From: Chiloscyllium plagiosum
Lineage: Eukaryota
Assembly: GCF_004010195.1 (NCBI RefSeq)
Contig: NC_057711.1
Location: 82,078,076-82,142,075, forward strand
Length of the DNA: 64,000 bases
Direction of reading: 5' to 3'
Part shown: piece after piece, positions 25,270 through 38,559 of the stretch
Layout: every line of letters starts with the position of its first letter
Position numbering within the stretch: position 1 is the stretch's first letter
Notes under the pieces: model-generated
Databases searched by the model: none
What the model was told of the DNA's origin: nothing
Seen by the model: only the letters and a program-made list of their open reading frames with translations
Made by a program: the position numbers and the translations under genes

Positions 25270-26200
25270 CTCCAGAAGAGTGAGGGCGCAGTTTTGCCAC
25301 AGATTGCAGATTCCTAGGTCACAGTCGCAGAATTATGTTATCTGCTGAAGTGGCACCTGCAACCTGTAGGGGTGGGTAGTCATCCTATCTTGGAGCCATT
25401 AAGGTGATAACTGCGCTAAATGTTTGTGCAACTGGCTGTTCCCAACGGTCCACTGAGCCTCCGTGTGAGATCTTGCAAGTCTTGAACCCATAAATATTCC
25501 AAAACGTATTACCAATGTAAATTGTGCCATGTCACACTGCTTCATTCATTTCCCCATGATGAGAGCAATGCTGCAGCTCAGGCAGTCAGCTCAGCTACAA
25601 AGCTGGTTGCCCTACCTCGGTCTAGGATACTACAGACTATACACAAGTCACACTGAAAGCACTATTTCATAAAGCAGCTGACTGCATCAACAGGTTCTAA
25701 TTCATCAATATACAATTCATCTGTGATCATTGGTACATCTAAGAAGTCTATGCCAAATACACTATGATGCCTACATTCTCATGATTTCTCAGGTACTGCT
25801 TCACTTCAAGGGCTGGATGCTTTACAATGATAGTTACTGGGAAACAAGGGGTACCCTTTTCAACCATGGAAGATTTTGCAACCTCATGACAGGTTGAGTG
25901 TAATTCAATGCACCACATTCTTCAACAAGGCCCATCCTGCAGCAGACAACAGATTACACACTTGATCGATTTATTGGGGATTTTCTTTTGGAGGGGAGGC
26001 CCTGACTACACTTCAGACAGAGTGTGCCACATAATCCTAGTATGCTGCAAAACTCTGCACAACTGGCGGGATCAAAGAAGAGATGTGATGGATGCTGAAA
26101 AGCTGGGACAGTAGCAGCAATTTTCCAAGGAGGAAAGTGAGGACATTAAACAGGAGAAATATCACCTTCTGTATGATAGAGTGCTGTAGTATCAGGCCCA
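25270..26200 (+). pseudogene. Fossil PIF/Harbinger (HARBI1-like) DDE nuclease
   Basis: VTVAELCYLL, IKVITALNVCATG, AGCP..DTTDYTQVTLKA (GAIDCTHV-like), INIQFICDH, GNKGYPFQPW (GDKGY-like), VCHIILVCCKTLHN. Multiple stops and frameshifts. Confidence 0.8.
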
Positions 26201-27225
26201 GCCACAAGTCTTAATTGAGACCCGGCTCCAATAGGTGTGAGCTAGGTGCAGTGATGCTTCATAGACTGTAAATGTGCTGTTTATCAAAGGCTGAGCAGTT
26301 TGTCCCTACTGCCAGAAGTAGATGGAGCTTTTCTTTGACATTTCTTCATTTTGCTTTTTATAAATAAAAATTTAATATTTTCCAGTGCATGATGCTCTCA
26401 CATTAAACAATGAGAAAATGTTGTGCTACACTGGGTGTTAAAGCAAGAGTAGCATCCCCTTAGACAGAGTTCTAAAGTCAGATGACTCCACGAATAGGTA
26501 ACTTGAGTAGCTGGGTTCTCATAGGCGCTGTTGCAATGACTGTCGATCAGATGAGTGATGGTGTAAAATGGCAAACATACTTGTGAATGTGAGCTTGTAT
26601 TTGCAACAATGTCTCAGCCAAGTTCCCTCAAAAATATCTTTCATTTCCCTTCTACAACAAGTACCGTGAAAGCTACTTCTAGCTGGCAGCGATTGACCTG
26701 GCGCACAGCAGAGTTTTAGAATGGCACAAGCACCAGGGAGCCAGAAAAGTCCTGGCAGTGGTGAGTACTTCCGCTGTTGCTGAGTGCACAATAGCATGAG
26801 TGGGATGCTATGGAGGCATGGTGCACTGGTTATGGGGTAGGATGCAGAGAACTGTATGAGATAACTTGGTAGTGTTCAAGGAGAGAAACCTTCCATGCAA
26901 GTCCCTGAAATGGACACAGCCAGTTTCTGGTAAATTCAACCCAAAGTGTCTGCATCTTTTTACATGTGCCTGACCTGCATTCTATGAAGCGATGCTCCAT
27001 TTAACTGTTTCAAAGTAAGTGTGATTGTGAAAAACTGGCAACACAGTGAGAGCGCGCAGGGGAGAGCAAGAGAGCAAGTCAATCATATTTCCTTTGCAGA
27101 CCAATAGTTACACATTCTTTTTTGATATCTGACGACAATACCATAGAATAGTGATTTTTAAGGCGGCTTGTAGCTCAGGTAGATGGTAAGTATGTAAGCT
27201 ATCTCACTGATCTTGAACTTTGTTT

Positions 27226-27265
27226 TCAGACGTTTCGTCACCATACTAGGTAACATCATCAGTGA
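27226..27265 (-). ncRNA. Minimal type-I hammerhead ribozyme motif (PLE family C)
   Basis: UCA-CUGAUGA-U-GUUACC(UAGUAU)GGUGAC-GAAAC-GUC/UGA on the minus strand. Confidence 0.8.
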
Positions 27266-27374
27266 GAGTCTCCGGTGAAATGCTGGTGGTATGTCTTACC
27301 TCTCTATTTATAGGTCTTGGTTTCTTAAGGTGGGTGATGTAATTTCTGGTTCTTTTTTTCAAGGGAAGGTAGAT

Positions 27375-27688
27375 GGCGGCACGGTGGCAGAGTGGTTAGC
27401 ATTACTGCCTCACAGCGCCAGAGACCCGGGTTCAATTCCCACCTCAGGCAACTGACTGTGTGGAGTTTGCACGTTCTCCCCGTGTCTGCGTGGGTTTCCT
27501 CCGGGTGCTCCGGTTTCCTCCCACAGTCCAAAGATGTGCAGGTTAGGTGACTTGGCCATGCTAAAATTGCCCGTAGTGTTAGGTAAGGGGTAAATGTAGG
27601 GGTATGGGTGGGTGGCGGGTCAGTGTGGACTTGTTGGGCTGAAGGGCCTGTTTCCACATTGTAATGTAATGTAATCTAATCTAATCTA
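27375..27688 (+). mobile_element. HE1-like SINE, full length
   Basis: ggcggcacggtggcagagtggttagc (A box) ... gggttcaattccc (B box) ... (taatc)n tail. Confidence 0.9.
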
Positions 27689-28193
27689 AATGGAAAGACA
27701 AGACGCACTATCACTAGTTTCTATACATACATACAAAGAAGGACACCACTTTGACTGGGACAACACATACATCCTAGAACAAGTGAAACAAAGACATGCA
27801 TGAGAATTCTTAGAGGCATGGCAGTCTAACCAGAACTCCATCAATATACACGTCGTTTTAGATCCTATCTACCTTCCCTTGGAAAAAAGAACCAGAAATG
27901 GCATCAGCCACCTTAAGAAACCAAGACCTATAAATAGAGAGGTAGGACATATCACCAGCGCTTCACCGGAGGTGATGATGTTACCTAGTATGGTGATGAA
28001 ATGTCTGAAAACAAACCTTCAAGCTCAGTGAGCTAACTTAAATACTGTAGAAATTTATTAATTCACATGGCAAAGGCTGTGATTTGTTTGTTTCTCAATT
28101 AAGTTATAAATTAAATATTTTATTTTAAATCTTAAGTACTACCTGGTACCCGAATTGTGAAATACCATCTTCCTTCACTTCTCTGAACATATA

Positions 28194-29540
28194 GTTAAAA
28201 ATCATACAACACCAGATTATAGTCCAACAGGTTTATTTGGGAGTACTAGCTTTCCAAACACTGCTCCTTCATCATGTAGCTGTGGAGCAGGATCATAAGA
28301 CATAGAATTTATAGCAGAAGATCACAGTGTCATGCATGCAACTGATACAATATACTGAACAAACCTAGATTGCTGTTGTCTTTCCTCTTTTAAAATGGGC
28401 TGCAGATTTCAATTAATTAATATGTAAATCCCAGAACTTCTTTCAAGTCACATTCTTGAGATAACTTAAGGTTTTATTAAAAAAAGGTGACATCTCCGTT
28501 CAGACAATGCATTAAAGGTGTGAAGTTAGAGTCTGTCTACAGGTATATCCCAATCTTGAGTCAGGCTGGTTCTATTTCCAAAGTATGAATTTATAAAATG
28601 TCACATGGATTGACTGCTTACATTGACTACATGCAGATTGTGTGCTTTTTGAACAAAATAGAATGTATCTGCAATTATAATTCTGCAAATGCAAATTCAT
28701 CCCATAGACTTATGTGTGTGCATGCATGTGGGAGGGGGGAGGAAAGAGAGAGAAAGAGAGAAAGAGAGAGAGAGAGAGAGTGTGAGTGAGTGAGTGAGTG
28801 AGTGAGTGAGTGAGTGAGAGAATGCGAAAGTGTATAGTGAAGTGGGATCAAACCTGTAGTGTGACATGAATCCAGGGTCCCGGTTGAGACCATCCTCTTG
28901 GGTACTGAACTTGGCTATCAGCCTCTGCTCAGCCACTCTGCGTTGTTGCATATCCCAAAGACAGTCATCCGAAGATCCGAGGCCCAATGTCCCTGACCAC
29001 TGAAGTGTTCCCCAACTGGAAGAGAACATTCCTGTCTGGCAATTGTTGCACGTTTTCCATTCATCCATTTTCGCAGTTTCTGCTTGATCTCGCCAATGTA
29101 CCATACCTCGGGGCATCCTTTCCTGCAGCATATGAGATAGACAATGTTGACCGAGTCACATGAGAACCTGCCTCGTACATGGTAGGTGGTGTCCCCACTT
29201 GTAATGGTTGTATCCATATCGATACTCTGACACATCTTGCAGTGGTTGCCCTGACAGTTGTGTGGTGTTGTGGTCGATGTTACCCTAAAGATGGGAAATT
29301 TGCTGCGAATGATGGTGTGTTTAAGGTTTGGCTGTTGTTTAAAGGTGAGAAGTGGAGGCATAGGGAAGGTCTTGGTGAGGTGCTCATTCTCACTGATATT
29401 GTGCTGCAGGCTGTGAAGAACATGGCGTAGTTTCTCCACTCCTGGTAAGTACTGGACAAAGAAGGGTGCCCTTTCGGTCGCATCCCTGTCTGTCTTTTGA
29501 GGAGGTCATTACTGTTTCTCACTGATCGTATGGTTCTCCA
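28194..29540 (-). mobile_element. Penelope-like element (family B) GIY-YIG region plus long 3' tail
   Basis: ORF 28918-29439: FSCDSVNIVYLICCRKGCPEVWYIGEIKQKLRKWMNG...PVGEHF; also EQRLIAKF...DGLNRD. Internal GA/GAGT microsatellite at 28735-28820. Confidence 0.9.
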
Positions 29541-31999
29541 TGTGATAATATGGCTATTTTGCCGATATTCATTTAACCATTTTGACACTATTTTTTCCTG
29601 TTTAAATTGAGCCACGTAATTGTTTTTCTTTCTCTAATCAGGATATATCACATGATACACATTAATCTTGTCAATTGGCTTGAAGATTGCCATTAGGATT
29701 GGTGGAGGTTGCCATAGTAAATTTAAACTAATGAACAATAATGATCACCAGTAAATAATTAATAATTGCAATATGGTTTGATCTTTAAGAAACTCAGATT
29801 GAATTTTGTACAAGGTATATGAAAAATAAGCTTCTTGGCTAAAAAAAAACCATCACACAAGATTAGATGTTATTCAAATATATACAGTGCTTCAAACCAC
29901 AATGAAGTAAAATGAAATGTTTTAAGCAGAAACATGAACAATTTCATTGAAAAGATTTATGTAAGTCTCAGCATTTTTATTTCAAACCATTTGCAATCTG
30001 ATAACCCTTAGGAATTTTCAAATGCTATGACACCGCATGAGTGGATGAAGTTATCATTTCAAAATACTGGCAACGTATGAATTCCAATTATAGTTTAGAA
30101 TCAGTGCTTGAAAGTATAAAGGCAACCATTAATTTGTTGAGTAAATGTATTCATAACATTTTAATAAATGAGTTTTATTTAAAAGTGTGATTCAGAAATG
30201 CCAATGAAAGCATAAACACCCAACATATACTTTCTTGATGCCAACGGCAACAAAGGAGCAAAACTCAAATGTGAATTGCGTTTATTTTCCAAATCAAGAC
30301 ACTACTGAGATGATTACTGTTGGACTGAATGCAGTACCAGCTAGTGATAGGAACTTTACTGTAACAATAAAATGTATACATCAAGTCTAATTGAATTTTT
30401 AAATCAGCCAGTCAAATCATTGTTAATGAAACAGGGCTTTTGTCATATATTTCAATACAGCAGTTATTGGTTCAGTTATTGCAGTCCCTTGGGTTACCAC
30501 AATATAAGATTTCCATCATTGTATTACATTAGGGTAAAACTGTGTAATGAAGAAAAATAATTGCAGAACAATTCCAGATAGATCTATTCCTTCTACTGCT
30601 TTAATTGGAAAAAATAAAACATTGTTCATTGTGGCTAGCCCAAGCTCTCAACTGAGAAGTGAAGTATAGTCCATGATGCCTAACAGAGATGGTGGAAATA
30701 CTATCTGGATCCTGCAAGATTTTTTGCCAATTTCCCTTAAAAAAGGTATATACTCCACTTTTCCAGTTATTCAATAAATTTGCCCAGTGAATATTTAAGT
30801 CAGATTAACCAAGTAACCCAATATAAAATTTGGCCACTGCTGCATTAGTTGATGTAATCAAGGACAGCAATACAGACGTAGAACTTGACTTCATTGTCCA
30901 CAGGTTAGGGAGTAAAACAAAAGATTCTAACTAACAAGCTGCAGCTCTAATTAAATGGGCAGGAGTGTATGATCATATCAGTAAAAGGCAGAATCTGGTT
31001 GGATTGAGATGCTGCTCACAAATAACTGGTCAACACTCAATGAATACACCAAAAGATAATTATATTTAAACAGTATTTAAGTTCACATCTGGAGGGCTTT
31101 CATGGTACAGTGGTAGTGTCCTACCCTTGGGCCACAAGATTTGGGTTCAAGTCCCACCTGCTCCAGAACTGTGTTGTAATATGTCTGAATAGTTGATTTA
31201 AAACACTACTTTAACTTCACCTTTTTAAATGAGAGCTTTATTTCTGTTAGCCATACTCCAGAAAACTCATGTCCCACTTACTGACTTCTCCAATTCGTAC
31301 CCAAATAACCCTTAATTAGTTTATCCATCATCTGTTCCCTTATTCCATTAAGTCACTATTTTTTTCTTTAATCGACCTGTTCAGAGATGTTTTACACACA
31401 TCTGGAGCAGGTGGGACTTAAGCCCTGGTCGACATGGCTCAGAAGTAGGGACACTAACTTTGAGCGCAACACTCTTTCATTAAGTCATAACTATCCTTTG
31501 CTATAACCCTTTTGAGATGATATGAATAACATATCAACAAACAGCAAGTATCTCACTGAGGAAAGAATCAACACCTTCAGAACAGAAGTGGGGATGGCTA
31601 GGTTTGGGGAGGGGAGGGACTGGAGGGTGGGGGTAGTCAAGGAAGAGAATGGGAACTAAATTAGCAAACAAAAACATACCACTGTATAAATACATTAAGC
31701 TACTCATGTTGTATTCTGCAGGATCTATAAATGTCATAGCTTCACTGAGTGACAAATGACACATTACCTGGTTAGAAGCCAACATTGTACACTGGATTTC
31801 AGTTCCCAGGAGGGAAACTGAGAGAGATTGACAACAGCCATCCTACCCATGAGATGCCACAACAGATTTTAAGCATCTTTCCGCAACTTCTTTTGCCTAC
31901 CAGCAGTCCTCCAATAACAAAATGGTTACTAGCTGGCAATCGGAAGATCAAGATCAGAAAGCACATATAGCATCCAATGGCAAAAAGATAAATTGCACT

Positions 32000-32590
32000 T
32001 CTGATCTCATCCCTTCCCCTACCTCAAGGACCAGATTAGAATTCCCCACTCCTCTATTTCCACATCAGCAGCATTGGCATTCAAATGTAGATCTTCTAAC
32101 ATTTCCACCAGGTCCAGCATAATGCCACTTAACAGATACTCCCCTTCTCTGTCAGCATTCTATTGGAGCTGTTCCCTCTGCAACACCCTGGTCTATTCTT
32201 CCATTAACCCAAAATGTTATTCCACATCCCAACATTTTACCATGCAATTGTAAAAGATGCAACACTTTACCTCTTCCTTCCTCACAGTCCAAGGCCTCAC
32301 ACATTCCTTCTTTGTAAAGTAGCATTTTAATTGTACTTTTTACAATCTAGTCTACTGCTACCACTACTCACAATGTGGTCACCTCCACACTGGGGAGACT
32401 AAACACAGACTGCTTGACCACTTTGCATCACTGAGCAGTCTGCAAGAATGAATTCAAACTTGCAAGTGCACTCCATTTCAATACATCATCTTCTGTCCTG
32501 CTTACATTTCTGTCCCAGGCCTGCTGCAGTGCTCCAGTGAAGCCCAAAACAAGTTAGAGAACAGCAACTCATTTTCTGTTGAGGCACTTT
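32000..32590 (+). mobile_element. Old Penelope-like GIY-YIG fragment
   Basis: LVYCYHYSQCGHLHTGETKHRLLDHFA at ~32347-32428. Confidence 0.65.
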
Positions 32591-33209
32591 CCAGGGGCTG
32601 GACACACCATGCAGCCAGTTTGATATTGGCATCCACACTAATCTACTTTTATTATATAAGAATAGAACCAGTTGAAAGCAGTCCCATCCAGATGAACAAC
32701 TGTGGTGTGGTCAACCATGTGTTAGCTGCAGAGCTGATGAGAAGCATAAGGAGGGATAGTTTACTTTTATCATAATCACATAGAAGGCCAGTGTGATTAA
32801 AAAACAGATTCAGTATTGTAGCAGGGCCTAGAACCTGATGGGAGAAATTCAAACATGGAGTTCTGGGAAAATTTGGGAGGCATCAGCACTTCCAAAGATT
32901 TGAGAAGCAAGCGAAGTTGGAAATAGAGTGGAAGTTTGCAAGGACAGTAAGTTCAAAGATTTTTTTAGTACAATATATGGTTAAATTTTTTTAATCAACG
33001 ATTCAGAAATATTAATACACACTTCTGGAGCAGGTGGGACCTGAACCTAGGCCTCCTGGCTCAGAGGTAGAGACACTACCATTGTGTCACAAAAACCCTC
33101 AGGGTATATGGTTAATTTTAAAAGAAAAAGGTCAGCACCTGAGGAAAAATAATCATTCACAATATCAGCTAACAGGAGGGTCACGTCACCAATTTTGTGG
33201 GAACACAGG

Positions 33210-33503
33210 GTGGCACGGTGGCTCAATGGTTAGCACTTCTGCCTCACAGCACCAGGGACCTGGGTTCAATTCCCACCTCAGGCAACTGTCTGTGTGGAGC
33301 TTGCGCATTCTCTGCTCCGGTTTCCTCCCACAGTCCAAAGATGTGCAAGTTAGGTGAATTGGTCATGCTAAATTGCCCGTAGTGTTAGGTGGGTTAGTCA
33401 GGGGTAAATGTAGGGGAATGGGTCTGGGTGGGTTGCTCTTCAGTGGGTCGGTGTGGACTTGTTGGGCCGAAGGGCCTGTTTCCACACTGTAGGGAATCTA
33501 ATC
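33210..33503 (+). mobile_element. HE1-like SINE
   Basis: Homologous to 27375-27688. Confidence 0.9.
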
Positions 33504-34564
33504 TTAATGCTATAACCTGCCAGAAATCATAATTTTCTACTGCATAGTATTAAGATTGCAAGAGGACTGTTAGGTGCGCTGACGCAAATGCTTCACACTT
33601 CTTAAGTGATAACGAACTGTTGAAAAAAAATGCATTCAGTGTTTATTGCAACTTAAGTCATTTCTAATCACTAGCACAAATTCAGATTCCAGCCTCCTGC
33701 AACCTTCTTCCCTTTTCAAATTTTCTCTCTCTCTCTTTGCCTATGATGGGATATTGGGATGGTGCTCAGGGTGTCAGCAGTCACTCAAAAAGCTTGTTAT
33801 TTTAATGTGTAAGATTGCACATTAAGTACCAATAGGCTACTTGACTGAAGGGAACATTACAGTCAGTTCTGATATTCTCCCATGTCCTTACCCCCAACCC
33901 CTGCACTCCAGATATAGTCCTCACATGGTCTGCTTTATCACACTATCCATTGTTAACCACTAACAGTCCCCATTATTAGCTATTCTTCCACCTTGCCTGA
34001 CCATTATCTACTCCTTTGTCTGTCCAACTGTCTTTCTCTCACTTTAGGTTCTATCTCCACTTATTATGTATACCTTACCCCCATCTCCCCACCTTATCTC
34101 CAATACAAAAAACAACTTTTTCTTAGCTAACATCAGTTCTGAGTTACTGTACCTAAAACATTAATTCTGATTTCTCTCCACAGATTCTGCCAGACCTGTT
34201 GAGCCTTTCTGACAATATCTGTTAGATTCTGATATGGTATTTAGCTGATAATATCTGTCACAGTCACTCTATTGATCATGAACATTTTTTTCTGTTTCTC
34301 TAGTTGATAAAAATTAAAGGCAATTGTAGCGCCCATAGTTCCTCCAAATTGAAATTTGGCAACTTAACATCCAACAGCATACAAACATGGAACCGTCTTG
34401 GTCTATATGGCTTATGATTTTTTAATAGTATGAATGGATAGAGATACAAGCAGATGCAGTACATTATCCATGAAACAATTATTTACAAGTTAATCTGAAT
34501 GCTGTTAGAGTTTTGAAATCGGTCCAAATATCCATTATCTGTATTGTGCCTGTTATATTACTTT

Positions 34565-35690
34565 TATTCATTCACGAAATGACGGCGTCACTGACTTGCT
34601 AGCATTTATTGCCCATTGCCTAATTGCCCAGAGGGCAGTTAAGAGTCAACCATATAGCTGTGGGTCTGAAGTCACATGTCGGCCAGACCAAGTAAAAATG
34701 GCAGTTTCTTTCCCTAAAGGGCAGGTAAACCAGATGGGTTTTTCCAACAATCAGCAATGGATACCTGAATGAATTGAATTGAATTTATTGTCACGCGTAC
34801 CGAGGCACAGTGAAAAGCTTTGTCTTGCGAGCAGGCAGATCACAGAGTTAAGTAGCATAGATAGTAAATAATAGGTAAACAGTAGCAAAAACCAAAACAC
34901 AAATACAGACGAATGTTAAAAGTTTGTGAGTCCATTCAGCATTCTAACAACACTAGGATAGAAACTGTTTCGAAACCGGCTGGTGCATGTGTTCAGGCTT
35001 CTGTACCTTCTCCCCGATGGTAGAGATTGTAGAAAAACATTGCCAAGGTGGGATAGAACTTTGAGAATGCTGGCAGCGTTTCCTTGACAGCAGGCCTGGT
35101 AAATGGATTCTATAGATGGGAGGTTGGCCTTTATGATTGTCTGGGTCAAGTTCACCACGTCTCAGATCTTGAATGGTACAGTTGCCATACCAGGCAGTGA
35201 TATATCCAGTCAGAATGCTCTCAATAGCACACCTATAAATGTTAGCAAGGGTATTTGCCATCGTGCCAAATTTTCTCAGCTGCCTGAGGAAGAAGACATG
35301 TTGTTGAGATTTTGTAAACAGTGCATCCACATGAAGAGTCCAAGAAAGCTTGTTGTGGATGACCACTCCTAAGAGCGTGACACTCTGCACCCATTCCACC
35401 TCTGTGCTGTTACGTGTAGAGGAGCATGAGTAACATACTGCCAAAAGTCAATAATGAGTTCCTTGGTTTTACTGGCATTGAGAGCTAGGTTGTTCTCAGT
35501 GCTCCATTTTCCAGGTCTTCCACCTCCCATCAGTAGTCTGTTTCATCGCCATATTTCATCCTGGTCACATTTATTGAGTTCAAATTCCACTATCTGCTGT
35601 GGCGGGATTTGAACCCAGATCCCCAGAACATTACCTGGGTCTCTGGATTAACAGTCAAGTGAAAATATCACTATGCCTTTGTCTCCTGGG
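34565..35690 (-). mobile_element. SacSINE1/Deu-like SINE split by a Rex1 insertion
   Basis: Head at 35555-35690 (gggttcaaatccc B box); body plus LINE-type tail at 34565-34765. Homologous to 5850-6172. Family name is from memory. Confidence 0.65.
34770..35550 (-). mobile_element. Rex1/Babar-clade LINE 3' fragment
   Basis: LGVVIHNKLSW...SQQHVFFLRQLRKF...YRCAIESILTGYITAWYGNCT and LPSGRRYRS...RFRNSFYP; (caatt)n tail at ~34770-34785. Confidence 0.85.
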
Positions 35691-36494
35691 TATATGTTAT
35701 AGACATAACAACTTCACTGTGTCCTTTAAAGTTGGAAATATACAGTCTTTACTTAGTCCAGCCTCCCTGTGACTCTAGTTCTACAACAAAGAAGCTGACA
35801 CTAACTGTTCTCTGAAATGGCCTACGAAACCTCTCCATTGTATCAAACTACTTACAAAGGTTAAAAGGACTGCTGTGGTTCAAGAAGATACATCATCTTC
35901 TCAGAGCAATCAGATGTGAGTAATAAACACTAGCTTTGCCAGCAATCCCCAAAGACCAAGAATGAATTATAAGGAAAAACTTGTAATTTTAGTACATTAT
36001 AGCTCTCCTCGCCCATTGTGTCATTACATACAATTGCTATTTGGTGTGAGTGCATGAAAATAAAATTCCGTAGTGCAAAGAAATTATCAGTTCAGATCTT
36101 TCAAAATACTTCCTTCAGTCAAGTGGTGTTATTGTGTGAAAAGCAGGAAAAGTACAACAGGACCGAAACATCAATTTTCCTGCTCCTAAAATGCTGCCTG
36201 ACCTGCTGTGCTTTTCCAGCACCACTCTAATCTTGATTCTAACCTCCAGCATCTGCAGTACCCACTTCTGCCCTGTTAAGAAAAGCATATCCATCTTAGA
36301 TCCAAGTGAGAATTAGAAAATACTTCCCAGTGGAATCCAAATTCAAAACCCAGTTGAGATAATAGTTTTCTCAGCTGAATGATACTAAGAAATGGAATCT
36401 TGATCATTTTGATATTAGCATTCATGTATTAGAATACAAGTTATTGACCCCAGTTAATTTCCTTAGAGCAAAGAGGGGTCATGAGAAAATATTG

Positions 36495-38540
36495 GTCTTT
36501 GCAACAATCTTCCAGCAGAAGTACTGAGTGGATGGTCCATCTCGGCCTCCTCCAGTGGTTTCCAGCATCACAGTTGCCAGTCTTTAATTCACTCCACGTG
36601 ACATCAAGAAATGGTCAGAGCACAAGATACTACAAATGCTGTGAGCCCTGACAACATTCCAGTAATAGTACTGAAGACGTGTGCTCCAGAACTTGACGCA
36701 CCCCTAGCCAAGCTAATCCAGTATAGCTACAACACTGGCATCTACTCAGCAATGTGGAAAATTGCCCAAGTATGTCCTGCATATGAAAGGAATGACAAAT
36801 CCAGCCTGACAATTACTGCCGCATCACTCTACTCTCAATGATCAGTAAAGTAGTTGAAGGGATCATCCACAGTGCTGCAAAGCAGCAAGTTCTCAGTAAC
36901 AAACTGTTCACAGACACTTAGTTTGTGATCTGCCAGGGCCACTCAGCTCCTAATCTCATTACAGTCTTGGTTCAAACAGCTGAATTCAGAGGTAAGGCAA
37001 CAGTGACATCAAGGCTGCATTTAACTGTGTGTGGCATCAAGGAGCCTTAACAAAACTGGAATCAACAGTAATCGGGGGCAAACTCTCTGTCACATAGGAA
37101 GATGGTTCTGGTTGTTGGAGGTCAGTCATTTCAGCTCCAAGATATCTTTGCAGAAGTTCCTCAGGGTAGCCTCCTCGGCCCAACCATCTTCAGCTGCTTC
37201 ATCAATGACCTTCCCCCCATCACAAGGTCAGAAGTGGGGATGCTCGCCAATGACTGCAGAATGTTCAATATCATTCACGATTCCTCAGATACTGAGGTTT
37301 CCCATGTTCAACTGCAACAAGACTTGGACAATACCCAGTTTTGGGATGACAAGTGGCAAGTAACAGTTACACAATGTAAATGTGATATGTTTCCAATAAA
37401 AGACAATCTAACCACTACTGGGATTGTATTCGTTGGAGTTTAGAAGATTAAGGGGAGACTTAATAGAGACGTACAAAATAATACATGGCTTGGAAAAGGT
37501 GGATGCTAGGAAATTGTTTCCGTTAGATGAGGAGACTAGGACCCGTGGACACAGCCTTAGAATTAGAGGGGGTCATTTCAGAACAGAAATGCGGAGACAT
37601 TTCTTCAGCCAGAGAGTGGTGGGCCTGTGGAATTCATTGCCACGGAGTGCAGTGGAAGCCGGGACGCTAAATGTCTTCAAGGCCGAGATTGATAGATTCT
37701 TGTTGTCTAGAGGAATTAAGGGCTACGGGGAGAACGCTGGTAAGTGGAGCTGAAATGCGCATCAGCCATGATTGAATGGCGGAGTGGACTCGATGGGCCG
37801 AATGGCCTTACTTCCACTCCTATGTCTTATGGTCTTATGGTCTTGACATTCAGTGGTGTTACCATCCATAAACACCCCACTATTAACATCTTGAGGGTTA
37901 CCATTGACCAGAAGCTCAACTGGACTCATTATGTAGATACAGTGGCTACAAGAGCAGGTCAGAGGTAGGAATACTGTGACAAGTAACTCATCTCCTGACT
38001 CCTCAAAGCTTTTCCAGTATATAAATAGCACAAGTCAGGAGTTTGATGGAATAGTCCCCATTTGACCGGATGAGTGCAGCTCCAGCAACACTCAAGAACA
38101 TTCTCACAGTCTAGGGCAAGGCAACCTGCTTGACTGATCACAGATGCAAAAATTCACTTCCTCTACCACCAAAGCTCAATAGCAGCAGTGTGTACTGTCT
38201 ATGAGATGCACTGCAAAAATCCACCAAAGATCCTTAAATAGCACCTTCCAAACCATAACCACTTGCATCTCGAACAAGAGCAGCAGATACAGTACATGGG
38301 AACACCATTACTTGCGATTACCCATTCAAGCCACATATCATTCTGACTCAGAAATACATTGCTCTCCCTTCGCTGTCACTGAGTCAATATCCTGGAATTC
38401 CCACCTTAATGATATTGCGGGTCTACCTACACCACATGGACTGCAGTGGTTCAAGAAGGCAGCTTCTCAGGGGCAACTAGGGATGGGCAATAAATGCTGG
38501 CCAGCCAGCAGTGCCCACTTTCCCATGAAAGAATGAAAAT
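36495..38540 (+). mobile_element. L2/CR1-group LINE RT fragment (same family as 11812-14175)
   Basis: IVLKTCAPELDAPLAKL, EVPQGSLLGP, MLANDC; tail gggcaataaatgctggcc at ~38485-38505. Confidence 0.85.
37418..37843 (+). mobile_element. Young CR1 3' end nested in the LINE above
   Basis: Intact LYSLEFRRLRGDLIETYKI...RRHFFSQRVVGLWNSLP; (tcttatgg)n tail. Confidence 0.9.
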
Positions 38541-38559
38541 AAACTGGTGGGTAGGATTG

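Larger units (their letters stand above)
27180..28045 (+). mobile_element. Penelope-like element (family C; GIY-YIG C-terminus) with ~185-bp inverted arms
   Basis: HTYKEGHHFDWDNTYILEQ...EFLEAW...SINIH at 27720-27870. Arms ~27191-27374 and ~27866-28045. Confidence 0.8.

Noticed and set aside
28140..28185. Small minus-strand AG...GT segment as FRMD3 exon 2
   Set aside because: Translations (RSEGRWYFTIRVP / EVKEDGISQFGYQ) do not resemble the expected RETKGQFL...KDYFG.
33515..33640. Strong minus-strand acceptor (ttttttttcaacag) with a CpG-containing segment
   Set aside because: Stop codons in all three frames; a coding exon cannot be supported.
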